Assembly: GCA_964538455.1 (NCBI GenBank)
Contig: CAZIDZ010000007.1
Location: 33,645 to 97,644 of the forward strand
Source of the DNA: an uncultured bacterium
GTDB lineage: Bacteria > Electryoneota > Electryoneia > Electryoneales > Electryoneaceae
Direction of reading: 5' to 3'
Length of the DNA stretch: 64,000 bases
Shown here: piece by piece, positions 8,278 to 18,015 of the stretch
Numbering within the stretch: position 1 is the stretch's first letter
How the letters are laid out: each line of letters starts with the position of its first letter
Program-made: the position numbers and the translations under genes
Notes under the pieces: generated by a model
What the model saw: only the letters and a program-made list of their open reading frames with translations
Database searches by the model: none
What the model was told of the DNA's origin: nothing

Positions 8278-10602
8278 ATGCGAATCGGGAACCTGAAGAC
8301 ACTGCTTTTCATCGTGTTGGCGCTGTTTTGCGTGAATTCTGCGAAGCTCGCGGCTCAACCCGCCCGACCCCAGGGAGTTAAGGTCCTCGGCGTCCGGGTC
8401 GTCGGCGCCAAAACCGCGGATGAAGGCCTCATCATCGCCAACAGCGGACTGGTCGTCGGCAAGGAGGTCGTCGGTGATGACATCCAGAATGCGATCAAAC
8501 GGATCTGGTCCCTGAAGCTCTTCAGGAATGTTGAAATCAGCATCGAAAAGGACCTGCCCGAAGGCAGCTACTTCGTCATCACCGTCGAGGAATACCCCCG
8601 CATCGCCGCCCTCGAAATCGCCGGAAACCACAAGCTGAAAGACGATGAGGTCAACGAGCAGATCACCCTCTACCGCGGCCAGGTGCTGCGCCCGGCGCGC
8701 CTGCAGAAGGCGCGGCGGGACCTGCTCAAGAAATACCACGAAAAGGGGTATCTGCTCGCGGAGGTAACCACCGAAATCACGGATACGGACGATCCGATGC
8801 AGAAGGACGTCAAGTTCGTGATCAAGGAGGGCAAGAAGGTCCGGATCAAGGAAATCGATTTCGTCGGCAATCAGGCGTTCAAGGACAGGGTGTTGCGCAA
8901 GCAGATGAAGGACACCCACCAGCGCGGTTTCCTGCGGAGCGGCACCTTCGACCGGACGAAGTTCGAGGATGACTTGAAGAAAGTGACCCAATTCTATAAA
9001 AATCACGGCTATCGAGACGCTCAAATCGAAAGTGATTCTTTATCTTACACCGAAGATCTGAAACGCATGATTATCACCATCCACGTGTACGAAGGCATGC
9101 AGTATGTCTTTGGTTCCGTTGATTTTGAGGGAAACTCGCTGTTCACGGACAACGAACTGCTGGCGCAGCTCTCGTTCAAACCCGGCGATGTGTACAACGA
9201 TGAGGAGCTCTTCGTCAACACCGCCGAGCGCCTCGGAAACCTTTATTATGAAAAAGGTTACATCTACTCGCGTGTCGAACCACAGCTGATTCCCGCCGCC
9301 GGGGATACATTGAACATCCGCTACCAGGTGACGGAAGGGAATCAGTTCAATGTCCGTAAAATCAATATATTGGGAAATACGAAGACCAAGGAGAAGGTGA
9401 TCCGCCGCGAATTCGTGCTCTATCCGGGGGACACCTTCGACGTCTTGAAGTTGCGACGTTCGATCCGCGAACTGACGATTCTCAACTACTTTTCGAACAT
9501 CACCCCGGATGTGCAGCCGGTCAGCGACAATCAGGTCGATCTCTTCGTGGACGTGGAGGAGAAGCCGACGGACAACGCGAATGTTTCCGCGGGCTACAGC
9601 GAATTGGACGGCGTGATCGGATCCATCGGTTTCGCGATGCCCAATTTCTTCGGGAACGGCCAGCAGTTTTCGCTGAACTGGAATTTCGGGCAGATTTACC
9701 GCAGCTTCTCGGTAAGTTTCACTGAGCCGTGGATGTTCAACACCCCGACACTCGGCGGGGTTAGTTTCTACGACCTGCGCCGCGGTGGCGCTTATTACGG
9801 TTTTGACGAAAACGTCACCGGTGGCTCGGTTCGCTTCGGAAGACGGTTCAAATGGCCGGACGACTACACCCGGGGCGACTGGATCTACAAGCTGGAGCGC
9901 TCGCTTTACAGCAATTTTGATATAGGTTACACCAACATTTACGGGTACGAAGAGGATGTGCCCCGGATCGGCAGTTCGTTCACCCAGATCTTCACCCGCG
10001 ACAGCCGGGACAACCCGGAGTTTCCGACGCGGGGAAGCGTGGTCAGTTATTCGGCCCAGCTGTCGGGTTCCATTTTTGGTGGAGATGAACAGTTTCACAA
10101 GCATTACCTGAGCGCTGAGTGGTATTTTCCGCTGACAAGCAAACTTGTTCTTTATAACCAGACCAAGGCCGGCCTGATCTTCAACCTGAGCGACCGGCGC
10201 AGCGACGTGCCGTACATTGACTACTTCTTCATGGGCGGCAGCGGCATCAGCTTTGGCGAATCCCTGCGCGGCTACGAAGAGGGGTCCGTCGGTCCCCGGT
10301 CCGGCGGCTACCCGCTCGGCGGCAGTAGTCTGTTCAAGGAGGGCGTCGAGCTGCGGTTTCCGCTGATCCCGAATCCGACGGTTTTCATTCTTGGATTCGC
10401 GGAGGCGGGCAACACCTGGTCGACGCGCGGGGAGATGGACTTGAACGACCTTCGCCGCAGCGCGGGCCTCGGCGTCAGGCTGTACATGCCCTTCGTCGGT
10501 CTGATCGGACTCGATTACGGGTACGGCTTCGATTATTACAGGGCAGATGGTTCCCGCTATGGGAAATGGGTGCCGGCTTTTCAATTCGGTCGAACGTTCT
10601 GA
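8278..10602 (+). CDS. bamA: outer membrane protein assembly factor BamA
   Basis: Signal peptide (MRIGNLKTLLFIVLALFCVNSAKLAAQ) and repeated POTRA-like segments (VRVVGAK…, IAALEIAGNHKL…, IKEIDFVGNQAF…, VRKINILGNTKT…). C-terminal Omp85 barrel ends in …AFQFGRTF (terminal aromatic). Start chosen at the internal ATG 8278; the upstream ORF extension has no signal peptide. Confidence 0.9.
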   Translation: MRIGNLKTLLFIVLALFCVNSAKLAAQPARPQGVKVLGVRVVGAKTADEGLIIANSGLVVGKEVVGDDIQNAIKRIWSLKLFRNVEISIEKDLPEGSYFVITVEEYPRIAALEIAGNHKLKDDEVNEQITLYRGQVLRPARLQKARRDLLKKYHEKGYLLAEVTTEITDTDDPMQKDVKFVIKEGKKVRIKEIDFVGNQAFKDRVLRKQMKDTHQRGFLRSGTFDRTKFEDDLKKVTQFYKNHGYRDAQIESDSLSYTEDLKRMIITIHVYEGMQYVFGSVDFEGNSLFTDNELLAQLSFKPGDVYNDEELFVNTAERLGNLYYEKGYIYSRVEPQLIPAAGDTLNIRYQVTEGNQFNVRKINILGNTKTKEKVIRREFVLYPGDTFDVLKLRRSIRELTILNYFSNITPDVQPVSDNQVDLFVDVEEKPTDNANVSAGYSELDGVIGSIGFAMPNFFGNGQQFSLNWNFGQIYRSFSVSFTEPWMFNTPTLGGVSFYDLRRGGAYYGFDENVTGGSVRFGRRFKWPDDYTRGDWIYKLERSLYSNFDIGYTNIYGYEEDVPRIGSSFTQIFTRDSRDNPEFPTRGSVVSYSAQLSGSIFGGDEQFHKHYLSAEWYFPLTSKLVLYNQTKAGLIFNLSDRRSDVPYIDYFFMGGSGISFGESLRGYEEGSVGPRSGGYPLGGSSLFKEGVELRFPLIPNPTVFILGFAEAGNTWSTRGEMDLNDLRRSAGLGVRLYMPFVGLIGLDYGYGFDYYRADGSRYGKWVPAFQFGRTF

Positions 10603-10627
10603 AGGATACCATAAGGGAGTAAAAGGG

Positions 10628-11152
10628 ATGAAACGGATCACCACGATGGCGCTGGCGGCCTTGTTGTTTGCGGCTGTGCTGGTGCCTGCGGTCCAGGCGA
10701 AAGACTTCAAGGTCGCGATCATCATTTCCGAGCGCCTGCTCAACGAGTACCCAGAGGCACAGGACGCCCAGAAAACCCTCAACGAAGAGATCAACGAGTG
10801 GCAGCGCCAGGCTCAGTCGATGCAGGAAGAACTGCAATCGATGCAGAAGGAGCTGAGCGAAGAGGCGATGATGTTCTACACCGAGGAGAAAAAGGCTCAA
10901 AAACAGGCCGAGTTTCAACGCAAACTCAATGAATACCGAGACTTCCAGCAAGGCATTGAGCAACGGGCGATGCAGCGGAACCAGGAGCTTTTCGCCCCCA
11001 TCAACGAGAAGATCCAGAAGGTGCTCGATACCATTGCTCAGCAGGATGGGTACGACATCATCCTCGATGCCGTCGGGGCGTCCATCGCCTACGCGAATCC
11101 GGAACTGGACATCACCGACCGCGTCCTCGAGGAACTGAAGAAGCAGAAGTAA
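10628..11152 (+). CDS. skp: periplasmic chaperone Skp (OmpH family)
   Basis: Signal peptide MKRITTMALAALLFAAVLVPAVQA, then a Q/E/K-rich coiled-coil body and a C-terminus of the form DIILDAVG…YANPELDITDRVLEEL typical of OmpH/Skp. Lies between bamA and lpxD. Confidence 0.8.
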   Translation: MKRITTMALAALLFAAVLVPAVQAKDFKVAIIISERLLNEYPEAQDAQKTLNEEINEWQRQAQSMQEELQSMQKELSEEAMMFYTEEKKAQKQAEFQRKLNEYRDFQQGIEQRAMQRNQELFAPINEKIQKVLDTIAQQDGYDIILDAVGASIAYANPELDITDRVLEELKKQK

Positions 11153-11157
11153 GGTCC

Positions 11158-12180
11158 ATGCCCTTCACCGCCCGTGAGCTCGCCGATCGAATCGGCGCCG
11201 AGGTCGTTGGCGATCCCGACGTACTCATCGAAGGGGTCGCGAAGATTGAGGAGGCCTCTCCACAGGACGTCACATTCGTCTCAAATCCAGCCTACCGCAA
11301 ACACCTGCAGAACTCCCGGGCGGCGGCGGTGATCATCGACAGCGCCCCGGAGGGGGGAAACGCCACCTTCCTGGTGACCGCCGAACCGTACCTCGCGTTC
11401 CTCAAGGCGTTGCGCCTCTTTCACCCCGAACCGCAGGCTCCCGAAGCCGGGGTGCATCCCTCTGCGGTGATCGGGGAGAACGTCACCGTCGCCGAGGGCG
11501 CTTCCATCGGACCCTTATGCGTGCTCGAAGACGGTGTGGCGGTTGGGAAAAACAGCGTGCTCCGGGCCCAGGTGTTTGTCGGACGCAATGTCGTCATCGG
11601 TGAAGACTGCCTGTTCCACAGCCGCGTCACCATCCGCGAAGGGTGCAGGATCGGAAACCGGGTGATCCTCCAGGACGGCTGCGTGATCGGATCGGACGGA
11701 TTCGGTTTTGCCCAGGCTGAGCAGGGCTATGAGAAAATCCCGCAGGTGGGCATCGTGGTCCTCGAGGACGACGTCGAGATCGGGGCTAATACAACTGTTG
11801 ACCGGGCCACGCTGGGGCAGACGGTGATCCGCCGCGGGGTGAAACTGGACAACCTCGTGCAGATCGCGCACAACGTCGAGGTGGGAAGCAGCACGGTGAT
11901 GGCTGCGCAGACCGGCATCGCGGGAAGCACGAAGGTCGGTGAAAAATCCGTTCTCGGCGGGCAGGTCGGTGTCGCAGGCCACCTGCACCTGTCGGACGGG
12001 ATCATGGTGGCGGCGCAGTCCGGGGTCACCAAGGACCACGGGCCGAAAAAGATTATCAGCGGCTACCCCGCCCGCGACATCATGGAGTGGCGCCGCATCG
12101 AGGCGTCGTTGACGCGGCTTCCCGAGTTGATCAAACGTGTCGGCAAGCTGGAAAAAGGGGGGTCCGGGCAGGATCGGTAG
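11158..12180 (+). CDS. lpxD: UDP-3-O-(3-hydroxyacyl)glucosamine N-acyltransferase
   Basis: 340 aa. N-terminal LpxD domain followed by hexapeptide left-handed beta-helix repeats (VIGENVTVAEGASIGPLCVLEDGVAVGKNSVL…). Position in the lpx cluster. Confidence 0.9.
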   Translation: MPFTARELADRIGAEVVGDPDVLIEGVAKIEEASPQDVTFVSNPAYRKHLQNSRAAAVIIDSAPEGGNATFLVTAEPYLAFLKALRLFHPEPQAPEAGVHPSAVIGENVTVAEGASIGPLCVLEDGVAVGKNSVLRAQVFVGRNVVIGEDCLFHSRVTIREGCRIGNRVILQDGCVIGSDGFGFAQAEQGYEKIPQVGIVVLEDDVEIGANTTVDRATLGQTVIRRGVKLDNLVQIAHNVEVGSSTVMAAQTGIAGSTKVGEKSVLGGQVGVAGHLHLSDGIMVAAQSGVTKDHGPKKIISGYPARDIMEWRRIEASLTRLPELIKRVGKLEKGGSGQDR

Positions 12181-12201
12181 GATGGAGGAGGGAGAGGTGC
12201 T

Positions 12202-13596
12202 GTGCTGAAAAACCAGAGAACAATCGCCAAAGAGGTTGCGCTGGAGGGCATCGGGCTGCACACGGGCGTCAAAACAAAGATGACCTTCAAGCCCGCCCCG
12301 CCGGGCACCGGCTACTATTTCGAACGCGTTGACCTCGAGGGAAATCCCAAAATAAAGGCGGATATCGACCATGTGATCGACATCTCGCGCGGCACTACGA
12401 TCGCCCAGGGCGAGGTGAAAGTACACACCGTCGAGCACGTGCTCTCGGCCCTCGCGGGGCTCTCCATCGACAACTGCGTCGTTTCCCTCGACAACATCGA
12501 GCCCCCGGTCATCGACGGCAGCTCGAAACCGTTCGTGGACGCCCTGCTCTCGGCGGGACTCGCCGAGCAGGATTCCCCGAAAGAGTACCTCGAGATCAGC
12601 AAGACGCTCATCTATCACAACGAGGAGCAGGGCATCGACCTGGTCATCGTCCCCTCCGATGAGTTTCGCATTACTTACATGACCGATTACCGCAATCCCG
12701 CGCTGGGGACGCAGTACACCTCGATGTACAGCCTCGAGGAGGAATACGTCACCGAGTTCGCCTCCGCACGCACCTTCGCGTTCCTCTCCGAAGTGGAGGA
12801 GCTGAAATCCCAGGGGCTGATCAAGGGCGCCAGCCTCGACTCGGGCCTGCTGATCGTAGACAAGAAAATCAGTAAGAAGGAGCTCGAAGATCTTAAAAAG
12901 CTCTTCGGAGTTGACGGCGACATGAAGGTGGGGAAGACGGGCATCTTCGACGACCGCCCGCTGCGTTTTTACAACGAGCCCGTCCGTCACAAGGTGCTCG
13001 ACCTGATCGGGGATTTCGCCCTGCTGGGGATCCCGATCAAGGGGCATGTGATGGTTGCCCGCGCCGGGCACGCCGCACACGTCGAGATGGTGCGCAAGAT
13101 GCGCAAGATCTACCAGGAACGGCAGCTCAAGAAAAAGTACCAGCGCACCACCACCACCAGCTACGTTTTCGACATCAACGCCATCCAGCGGCTGCTCCCG
13201 CACCGTTACCCCTTCCTCCTGGTCGATCGCATTCTCGAACTGGAGCCGGGGGAGCGCGTCACCGGCATCAAGAACGTTTCGATGAATGAACCCTTTTTCC
13301 AGGGCCACTTTCCCGGGCACCCGATCATGCCGGGCGTCCTCGTCATCGAGGCGATGGGCCAGGTCGGCGGTGTTCTGCTGCTCAACGAATCCTCCGAACC
13401 CGAGAACAGCGTCGTTTACTTCACCGGCCTCGACAACGTCAAGTTCCGCCGTCCGGTGATGCCGGGCGACACTCTCTATTTCCGCGTAGAGATGATCTAC
13501 AACCGGCGCGGTATCTGCAAAATGAAGGGCGAGGCGTTCGTCGGGGACGAGCTGGCCGCCCAGGCGGAAATGCAGGCGATTGTGAGGGAAAGGTAG
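12202..13596 (+). CDS. lpxC/fabZ: bifunctional UDP-3-O-acyl-N-acetylglucosamine deacetylase / 3-hydroxyacyl-ACP dehydratase (LpxC-FabZ fusion)
   Basis: The N-terminal ~300 aa are LpxC (TIAKEVALEGIGLHTG…, HTVEHVLSAL, HAAHVEM). The C-terminal ~150 aa are FabZ (LLPHRYPFLLVDRILELEPGERVTGIKNVSMNEPFFQGHFPGHPIMPGVL). Confidence 0.9.
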   Translation: MLKNQRTIAKEVALEGIGLHTGVKTKMTFKPAPPGTGYYFERVDLEGNPKIKADIDHVIDISRGTTIAQGEVKVHTVEHVLSALAGLSIDNCVVSLDNIEPPVIDGSSKPFVDALLSAGLAEQDSPKEYLEISKTLIYHNEEQGIDLVIVPSDEFRITYMTDYRNPALGTQYTSMYSLEEEYVTEFASARTFAFLSEVEELKSQGLIKGASLDSGLLIVDKKISKKELEDLKKLFGVDGDMKVGKTGIFDDRPLRFYNEPVRHKVLDLIGDFALLGIPIKGHVMVARAGHAAHVEMVRKMRKIYQERQLKKKYQRTTTTSYVFDINAIQRLLPHRYPFLLVDRILELEPGERVTGIKNVSMNEPFFQGHFPGHPIMPGVLVIEAMGQVGGVLLLNESSEPENSVVYFTGLDNVKFRRPVMPGDTLYFRVEMIYNRRGICKMKGEAFVGDELAAQAEMQAIVRER

Positions 13597-13597
13597 C

Positions 13598-14416
13598 ATG
13601 GCCCAAATCGATCCCACCGCGTCGGTTCATCCCGAAGCGAAACTGGGCGGGAACGTTACCGTCGGACCCTTCGCCGTCATCGAGCAGGGTGCGGAGGTCG
13701 GTGACGGTTGCGTGATCGGTCCGCATGCGTACGTCACCACCTGGGCGAGGCTCGGCGTGGAAGTAAAACTCGCCAAGGGTGTCGTTGTCGGCACCGATCC
13801 CCAGGATCTCAAGTTCGCCGGTGAGCAGACGACGGCTCATGTCGGCGACAGGACGGTGATTCGCGAGTTCGTTACCGTCAACCGCGGCACCACGTACCAC
13901 ATGAAGACGGTGATCGGGGCGGATTGCCTGTTGCTCGCCTACAGCCATATCGCGCACGACTGTATCGTCGGCGACCACGTGATCCTTGACAACGCCGTCC
14001 AGCTCGCCGGACACGTCGAAATCGGCGAGTGGGCGATCATCGGGGGTCTCAGCGGGGTGCAGCAGTTTGTCCACATCGGTGCGCACGCGTTTATCGGCGG
14101 CATGTGTGCCGTGCGCAAGGACGTGCCGCCGTTCGTCAAAGCCGCCGGGGAGCCGCTCGTCTTCGCCGGAACGAACAACATCGGCCTCGCGCGCCGTGGC
14201 TTCGAAAAAGAACGGATCACCGCGATTCAGCAGGCCTATCGAACGCTCTACCGCAGCGGGCTGCTGATCAAGGACGCCCTCGAAAAGCTGCGCGGCGAAG
14301 CCTCGACTCCCGACGTCGAACAGATCGTGCGCTTCATCGACAACCGCAGCAAGCATGGCGTTATCGGCGGCCCGAGGAGCCGCGGGATCGACGAGCAGGT
14401 TCCGAGCGGGGCGTAG
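13598..14416 (+). CDS. lpxA: acyl-ACP--UDP-N-acetylglucosamine O-acyltransferase
   Basis: 272 aa. MAQIDPTASVHPEAKLG… with hexapeptide repeats and an LpxA C-terminal helical domain (GLARRGFEKERITAIQQAYRTLYRSGL). Confidence 0.9.
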   Translation: MAQIDPTASVHPEAKLGGNVTVGPFAVIEQGAEVGDGCVIGPHAYVTTWARLGVEVKLAKGVVVGTDPQDLKFAGEQTTAHVGDRTVIREFVTVNRGTTYHMKTVIGADCLLLAYSHIAHDCIVGDHVILDNAVQLAGHVEIGEWAIIGGLSGVQQFVHIGAHAFIGGMCAVRKDVPPFVKAAGEPLVFAGTNNIGLARRGFEKERITAIQQAYRTLYRSGLLIKDALEKLRGEASTPDVEQIVRFIDNRSKHGVIGGPRSRGIDEQVPSGA

Positions 14417-14621
14417 GGATTTCGTTTCGGGAGTCCGCGGCCGGGGTGGCCCGACGAACTGCTGAAACCGCGCCGGAGAGTCGATAATCAGGCGGGTGCT
14501 CGCCGCACAGCGTCGTTGACAGCCGTCACACGGTCCGGCATCCGCTGCGCTCAAATTGAAGAAAAGAGGCTGCTTTCAAGCCCGATCCTTTTACCTGCAG
14601 TACCACGAACTGGAGGCGAAC

Positions 14622-15326
14622 ATGAGAGTTGGCAAAACGTTTGTTGTCGTTGTGGCGTTCCTGCTCATGGCACCGACAGCCTGGGCCCTGCCCGGAATTC
14701 AGCTCGGTCTGCACGGCAACTACCAGAACACGGTTCTCGACGCGGAAGTCCAGCAGTTCAGTTTCCCTGGTGACCCGGCGTCGTGGACGGAGACATCCCT
14801 GACGCGAACGGAAATCGGAAACCCCGTCGGAGTCGGCGTCGATCTGACCTTCACTTTTCTCCCGGTAATCGATCTGCAGATCTCGGCGGACATGGTGGCT
14901 CAGACCTACAATTTCGTTTACACCCCACCCGCGATTTCAGGTCAGACTGAGATCAGCCAGGACAACATTCCCTACGGCAGGATTGGAGTGGATGTTTCGA
15001 TCATCAAGAATCTCGTCAGTCTGCCTCCTGCGGTCCATATCCTCAATCTGTACGTGGGGATCGGTCCCAGTGTCGCGTTTATCGCGCCGGTCGCCAGCCA
15101 GCAACTTGTTCTCGACAACATCAAAACGGCGAGCGAAAAACCTGACATCGAAGGCTATGCAAAAGAGCAGGGAATGAAGGTCGGATTTCACGCCGTCGTC
15201 GGAGTGACGTTGAAGGCCCCGATCCTTCCCGGGTTGCGGATTCAGGCGAAGTACATGCACTTCGGTGATGTGTCTGAGCCGGACAAGGGAAGCTTTATTT
15301 TGCTCCAGGCGGGAGTGTTCATTTAG
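14622..15326 (+). CDS. outer-membrane beta-barrel protein (porin/OmpW-like, unassigned)
   Basis: Signal peptide MRVGKTFVVVVAFLLMAPTAWA, alternating amphipathic beta-strand pattern, C-terminal …LQAGVFI. Start taken at the internal ATG 14622. Confidence 0.5.
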   Translation: MRVGKTFVVVVAFLLMAPTAWALPGIQLGLHGNYQNTVLDAEVQQFSFPGDPASWTETSLTRTEIGNPVGVGVDLTFTFLPVIDLQISADMVAQTYNFVYTPPAISGQTEISQDNIPYGRIGVDVSIIKNLVSLPPAVHILNLYVGIGPSVAFIAPVASQQLVLDNIKTASEKPDIEGYAKEQGMKVGFHAVVGVTLKAPILPGLRIQAKYMHFGDVSEPDKGSFILLQAGVFI

Positions 15327-15566
15327 CGCGATCGCCGCGGTCCCGGGCGGCGAACGCAACTCGATTGTTCTTCTGGAACCCTTTGGATTCAAAGGGAGTA
15401 CACATTCTGTCGGCGATTTGGGAGGGGCCGGCCTGGCGCTTCAGGTCGGCTCGTTTCCTCCTGCGCTCGGGCAAACGGATGCCCGCATCGCCACCCGTTG
15501 ATGTAGATTGATTTCGATGTCGCAAGGGCATTCGATCGAGCCGGTAAACAACTGCGAAGAGTTGTC

Positions 15567-16637
15567 ATGCTGCTGACTACGCTATCCTTTGTCGTCGTTC
15601 TTGGTGTCGTTGTCTTTGTCCACGAATTCGGACATTTCATCGCCGCCCGCCTGATGGGTGCCCGTGTCGAGGCGTTCTCCATAGGCTTCGGCAAACTGTT
15701 CGGCATCCGCAGGGGCGAAACCGAATACCGAATCGGCTATATCCCCCTCGGCGGCTACGTCAAGATTTCGGGCATGGTGGATGAATTCATGCAGGGCGAG
15801 GAGGGGATCAAGGGCGAACCCTGGGAATTTCAATCGAAGGGCACGCCCGCGAAAGTCTTCATGATCACCGCCGGCGTGTTGATGAATTTCATCGTGGGAT
15901 TCCTGCTCTACAGCGCAGTCACTTTCTTCGACGGCGAACCGCAGGTGATGGAGACGCCCACCGTCGGAAACCTCGCAAAGGGTTACCCTGCCGAACAGAT
16001 CGGGCTGCTGCCCGGCGACCGGATTCTCAGCGCGGACGGGATCAACACGGAGCAGTGGGAAATTTTCCGTAACTACGTCCAGGCGCGCCCTGAACAAACA
16101 ATTCAGCTCGTCTGGCTGCGCGACGGGGATACGCTTCACGCGGCGGTCGTCCCGAAGTCCGTGGAGATCGAACGGGATGGCCAAACGAGCACGATCGGCC
16201 TGATCGGCATCGACCAGGCGGTGCAGCGGGTTCCCGCGAGCCTCAGCCGCTCGCTGATGGTCGGCGGGCAGACCACCTGGAATATCATCTCGCTGAGCCT
16301 CAAATCCGTCGGCATGCTGATCACCGGCAAAGCTTCTGTCAAAGACTTCACCGGCCCGGCGGGAATCGTCTACCTCTCCGGGGAAACCGCCCGAGCGGGG
16401 TGGGTGACCTTTATCGCGTTTATCGCGTTGATCAACATCAGCATCGGGTTGCTGAATATTCTCCCGTTTCCTGTGCTCGACGGCGGACATCTGGTTTACA
16501 TCCTGATCGAGGCAGTCATTCGCCGTCCGATTCCAACGAAGGTCAAATTGGCCCTGCAGCAGGTAGGCCTCGCGCTGCTGCTGGTCTTTGCGATGGTCGT
16601 CACCTATCATGATATCCTGCGCTTCTTTGTCTCGTAA
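15567..16637 (+). CDS. rseP: RIP site-2 metalloprotease RseP
   Basis: HEFGHFIAAR zinc motif at the N-terminus, an internal PDZ-like region, and LDGGH in the C-terminal TM segment. 356 aa. Confidence 0.85.
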   Translation: MLLTTLSFVVVLGVVVFVHEFGHFIAARLMGARVEAFSIGFGKLFGIRRGETEYRIGYIPLGGYVKISGMVDEFMQGEEGIKGEPWEFQSKGTPAKVFMITAGVLMNFIVGFLLYSAVTFFDGEPQVMETPTVGNLAKGYPAEQIGLLPGDRILSADGINTEQWEIFRNYVQARPEQTIQLVWLRDGDTLHAAVVPKSVEIERDGQTSTIGLIGIDQAVQRVPASLSRSLMVGGQTTWNIISLSLKSVGMLITGKASVKDFTGPAGIVYLSGETARAGWVTFIAFIALINISIGLLNILPFPVLDGGHLVYILIEAVIRRPIPTKVKLALQQVGLALLLVFAMVVTYHDILRFFVS

Positions 16638-18015
16638 GACCCTGCTCCCGCTGCTTGGCGCCGTCCTGCTCGTTGCGGGATGCGCCGGATCGCGCCAGGT
16701 GCAGGCCCCCGCCGGCACCCGCATGGCCGGAAAACTCGCCGAGCTGCCCCCGAATGTGCTCGACCGTGTTATCTCCGGATCGCTCTACGAGAGCGAGGGG
16801 GACTACCTGCGTGCGCTCCACGAATATTCGAACGCGCTCGCCTTCGACAGCAGCCAGGTCGAACTCTACATCGCCATCGCGGAAATGCACCGCCAGCTGG
16901 GGGAGATGGATCTCGCGCAGAAAATCCTCGAAACGGGAGTGAGTCGGGTTGGGCCGTATCCCGAACTGCTGCTTCCCCTCGGTCGCGTCGAGTACCAGAA
17001 TTACGAGTTCGATGATGCGCTCAAGACCTTCCAACAGTACATCTCGATGGATTCGACCAACACCGAGGTGTGGGCGACGCTCGCGGCCATTTATGAACGC
17101 TCCGAGCAGTACGAAGATGCCATCAAGGTCTATCAGCGCCTGGAAAAACTCGAACCGGAAAGCCAGGAGTTGCTGCTCAGCCGGGAGGGGTCTCTGCTAT
17201 CCCGCATGAACCGCTATGACGATGCTCTGGCTGTGTATCAGAGGCTCCAGTCGCTCCGTCCGGACGCCCATCTCGTTCCGTTCATGATCGGCGGTCTTTA
17301 CCTCGACAAGGGGGACACGGCGAAGGCGTACGATTCATTCCAGCAGGCCACTCGTCTCGCGCCCGATGAACCGAGATACTGGGATCTCCGCATCCGTATC
17401 GCGGTGATCCTTCGCGACAGCAGCGCCGCGCTCGCCGCCACCGACTCCGCGCTCGTGTTCAACCCGGATGAACCCGATTTGCTCTCGCTGGCCTCCTCGG
17501 TGTACCTCCGCTACCACAGGAACGACCGGGCGATTGAGGTTCTGGAGCACGCCGTCCAGGTCGACTCGACGAACGTCACCAACTTCATCAACCTCGGTTT
17601 CGTGCTGCATGAAAAGAAAGACTGGGACAAGGCGGAAGCTGTTTACGAGCAGGCCCTGGCGCTCGCTCCGGACGACCCGCAGGTGCTGAACAACTTTGCC
17701 TACATGCTCGCCGTCTCCGAACGCCGCCTGCCAGACGCGCTGATCTATATTTCGAGGGCGCTCGAACTCCAGCCCGAGAACGCTTCCTACATTGACACCA
17801 GGGGGTGGGTGTTGTTCAAGATGGGGAGAACGCAGGAGGCGCTCAGCGTGCTGGAGAAGGCCGCGCAACTGGACGACAGCAATCCCGAAATCCTCGAGCA
17901 CCTCGGCGATGTGCACGCCGCGCTCGGCAATCGTGAAACAGCGCGCCAATACTGGTCCGCCGCCCTCGAGAAGGGGGGAGACGCGGAATTGTTGAGGGAG
18001 AAACTTAATCCGTGA
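16609..18015 (+). CDS. TPR-repeat lipoprotein
   Basis: Lipobox LLVAGC|AGS; multiple TPR repeats (ALAFDSSQVELYIAIAEMH…, WATLAAIYERSEQYEDAIKVYQRL…). The start overlaps the rseP 3' end; the exact start codon is uncertain. Confidence 0.6.
   Translation: MISCASLSRKTLLPLLGAVLLVAGCAGSRQVQAPAGTRMAGKLAELPPNVLDRVISGSLYESEGDYLRALHEYSNALAFDSSQVELYIAIAEMHRQLGEMDLAQKILETGVSRVGPYPELLLPLGRVEYQNYEFDDALKTFQQYISMDSTNTEVWATLAAIYERSEQYEDAIKVYQRLEKLEPESQELLLSREGSLLSRMNRYDDALAVYQRLQSLRPDAHLVPFMIGGLYLDKGDTAKAYDSFQQATRLAPDEPRYWDLRIRIAVILRDSSAALAATDSALVFNPDEPDLLSLASSVYLRYHRNDRAIEVLEHAVQVDSTNVTNFINLGFVLHEKKDWDKAEAVYEQALALAPDDPQVLNNFAYMLAVSERRLPDALIYISRALELQPENASYIDTRGWVLFKMGRTQEALSVLEKAAQLDDSNPEILEHLGDVHAALGNRETARQYWSAALEKGGDAELLREKLNP

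Noticed and set aside
14417-14621. Sigma70-like promoter (TTGACA at ~14517) upstream of the OMP gene
   Set aside because: No acceptable -10 hexamer at 16-18 nt spacing, and the promoter consensus for this (probably FCB-like) lineage is uncertain. Not reported as a feature.
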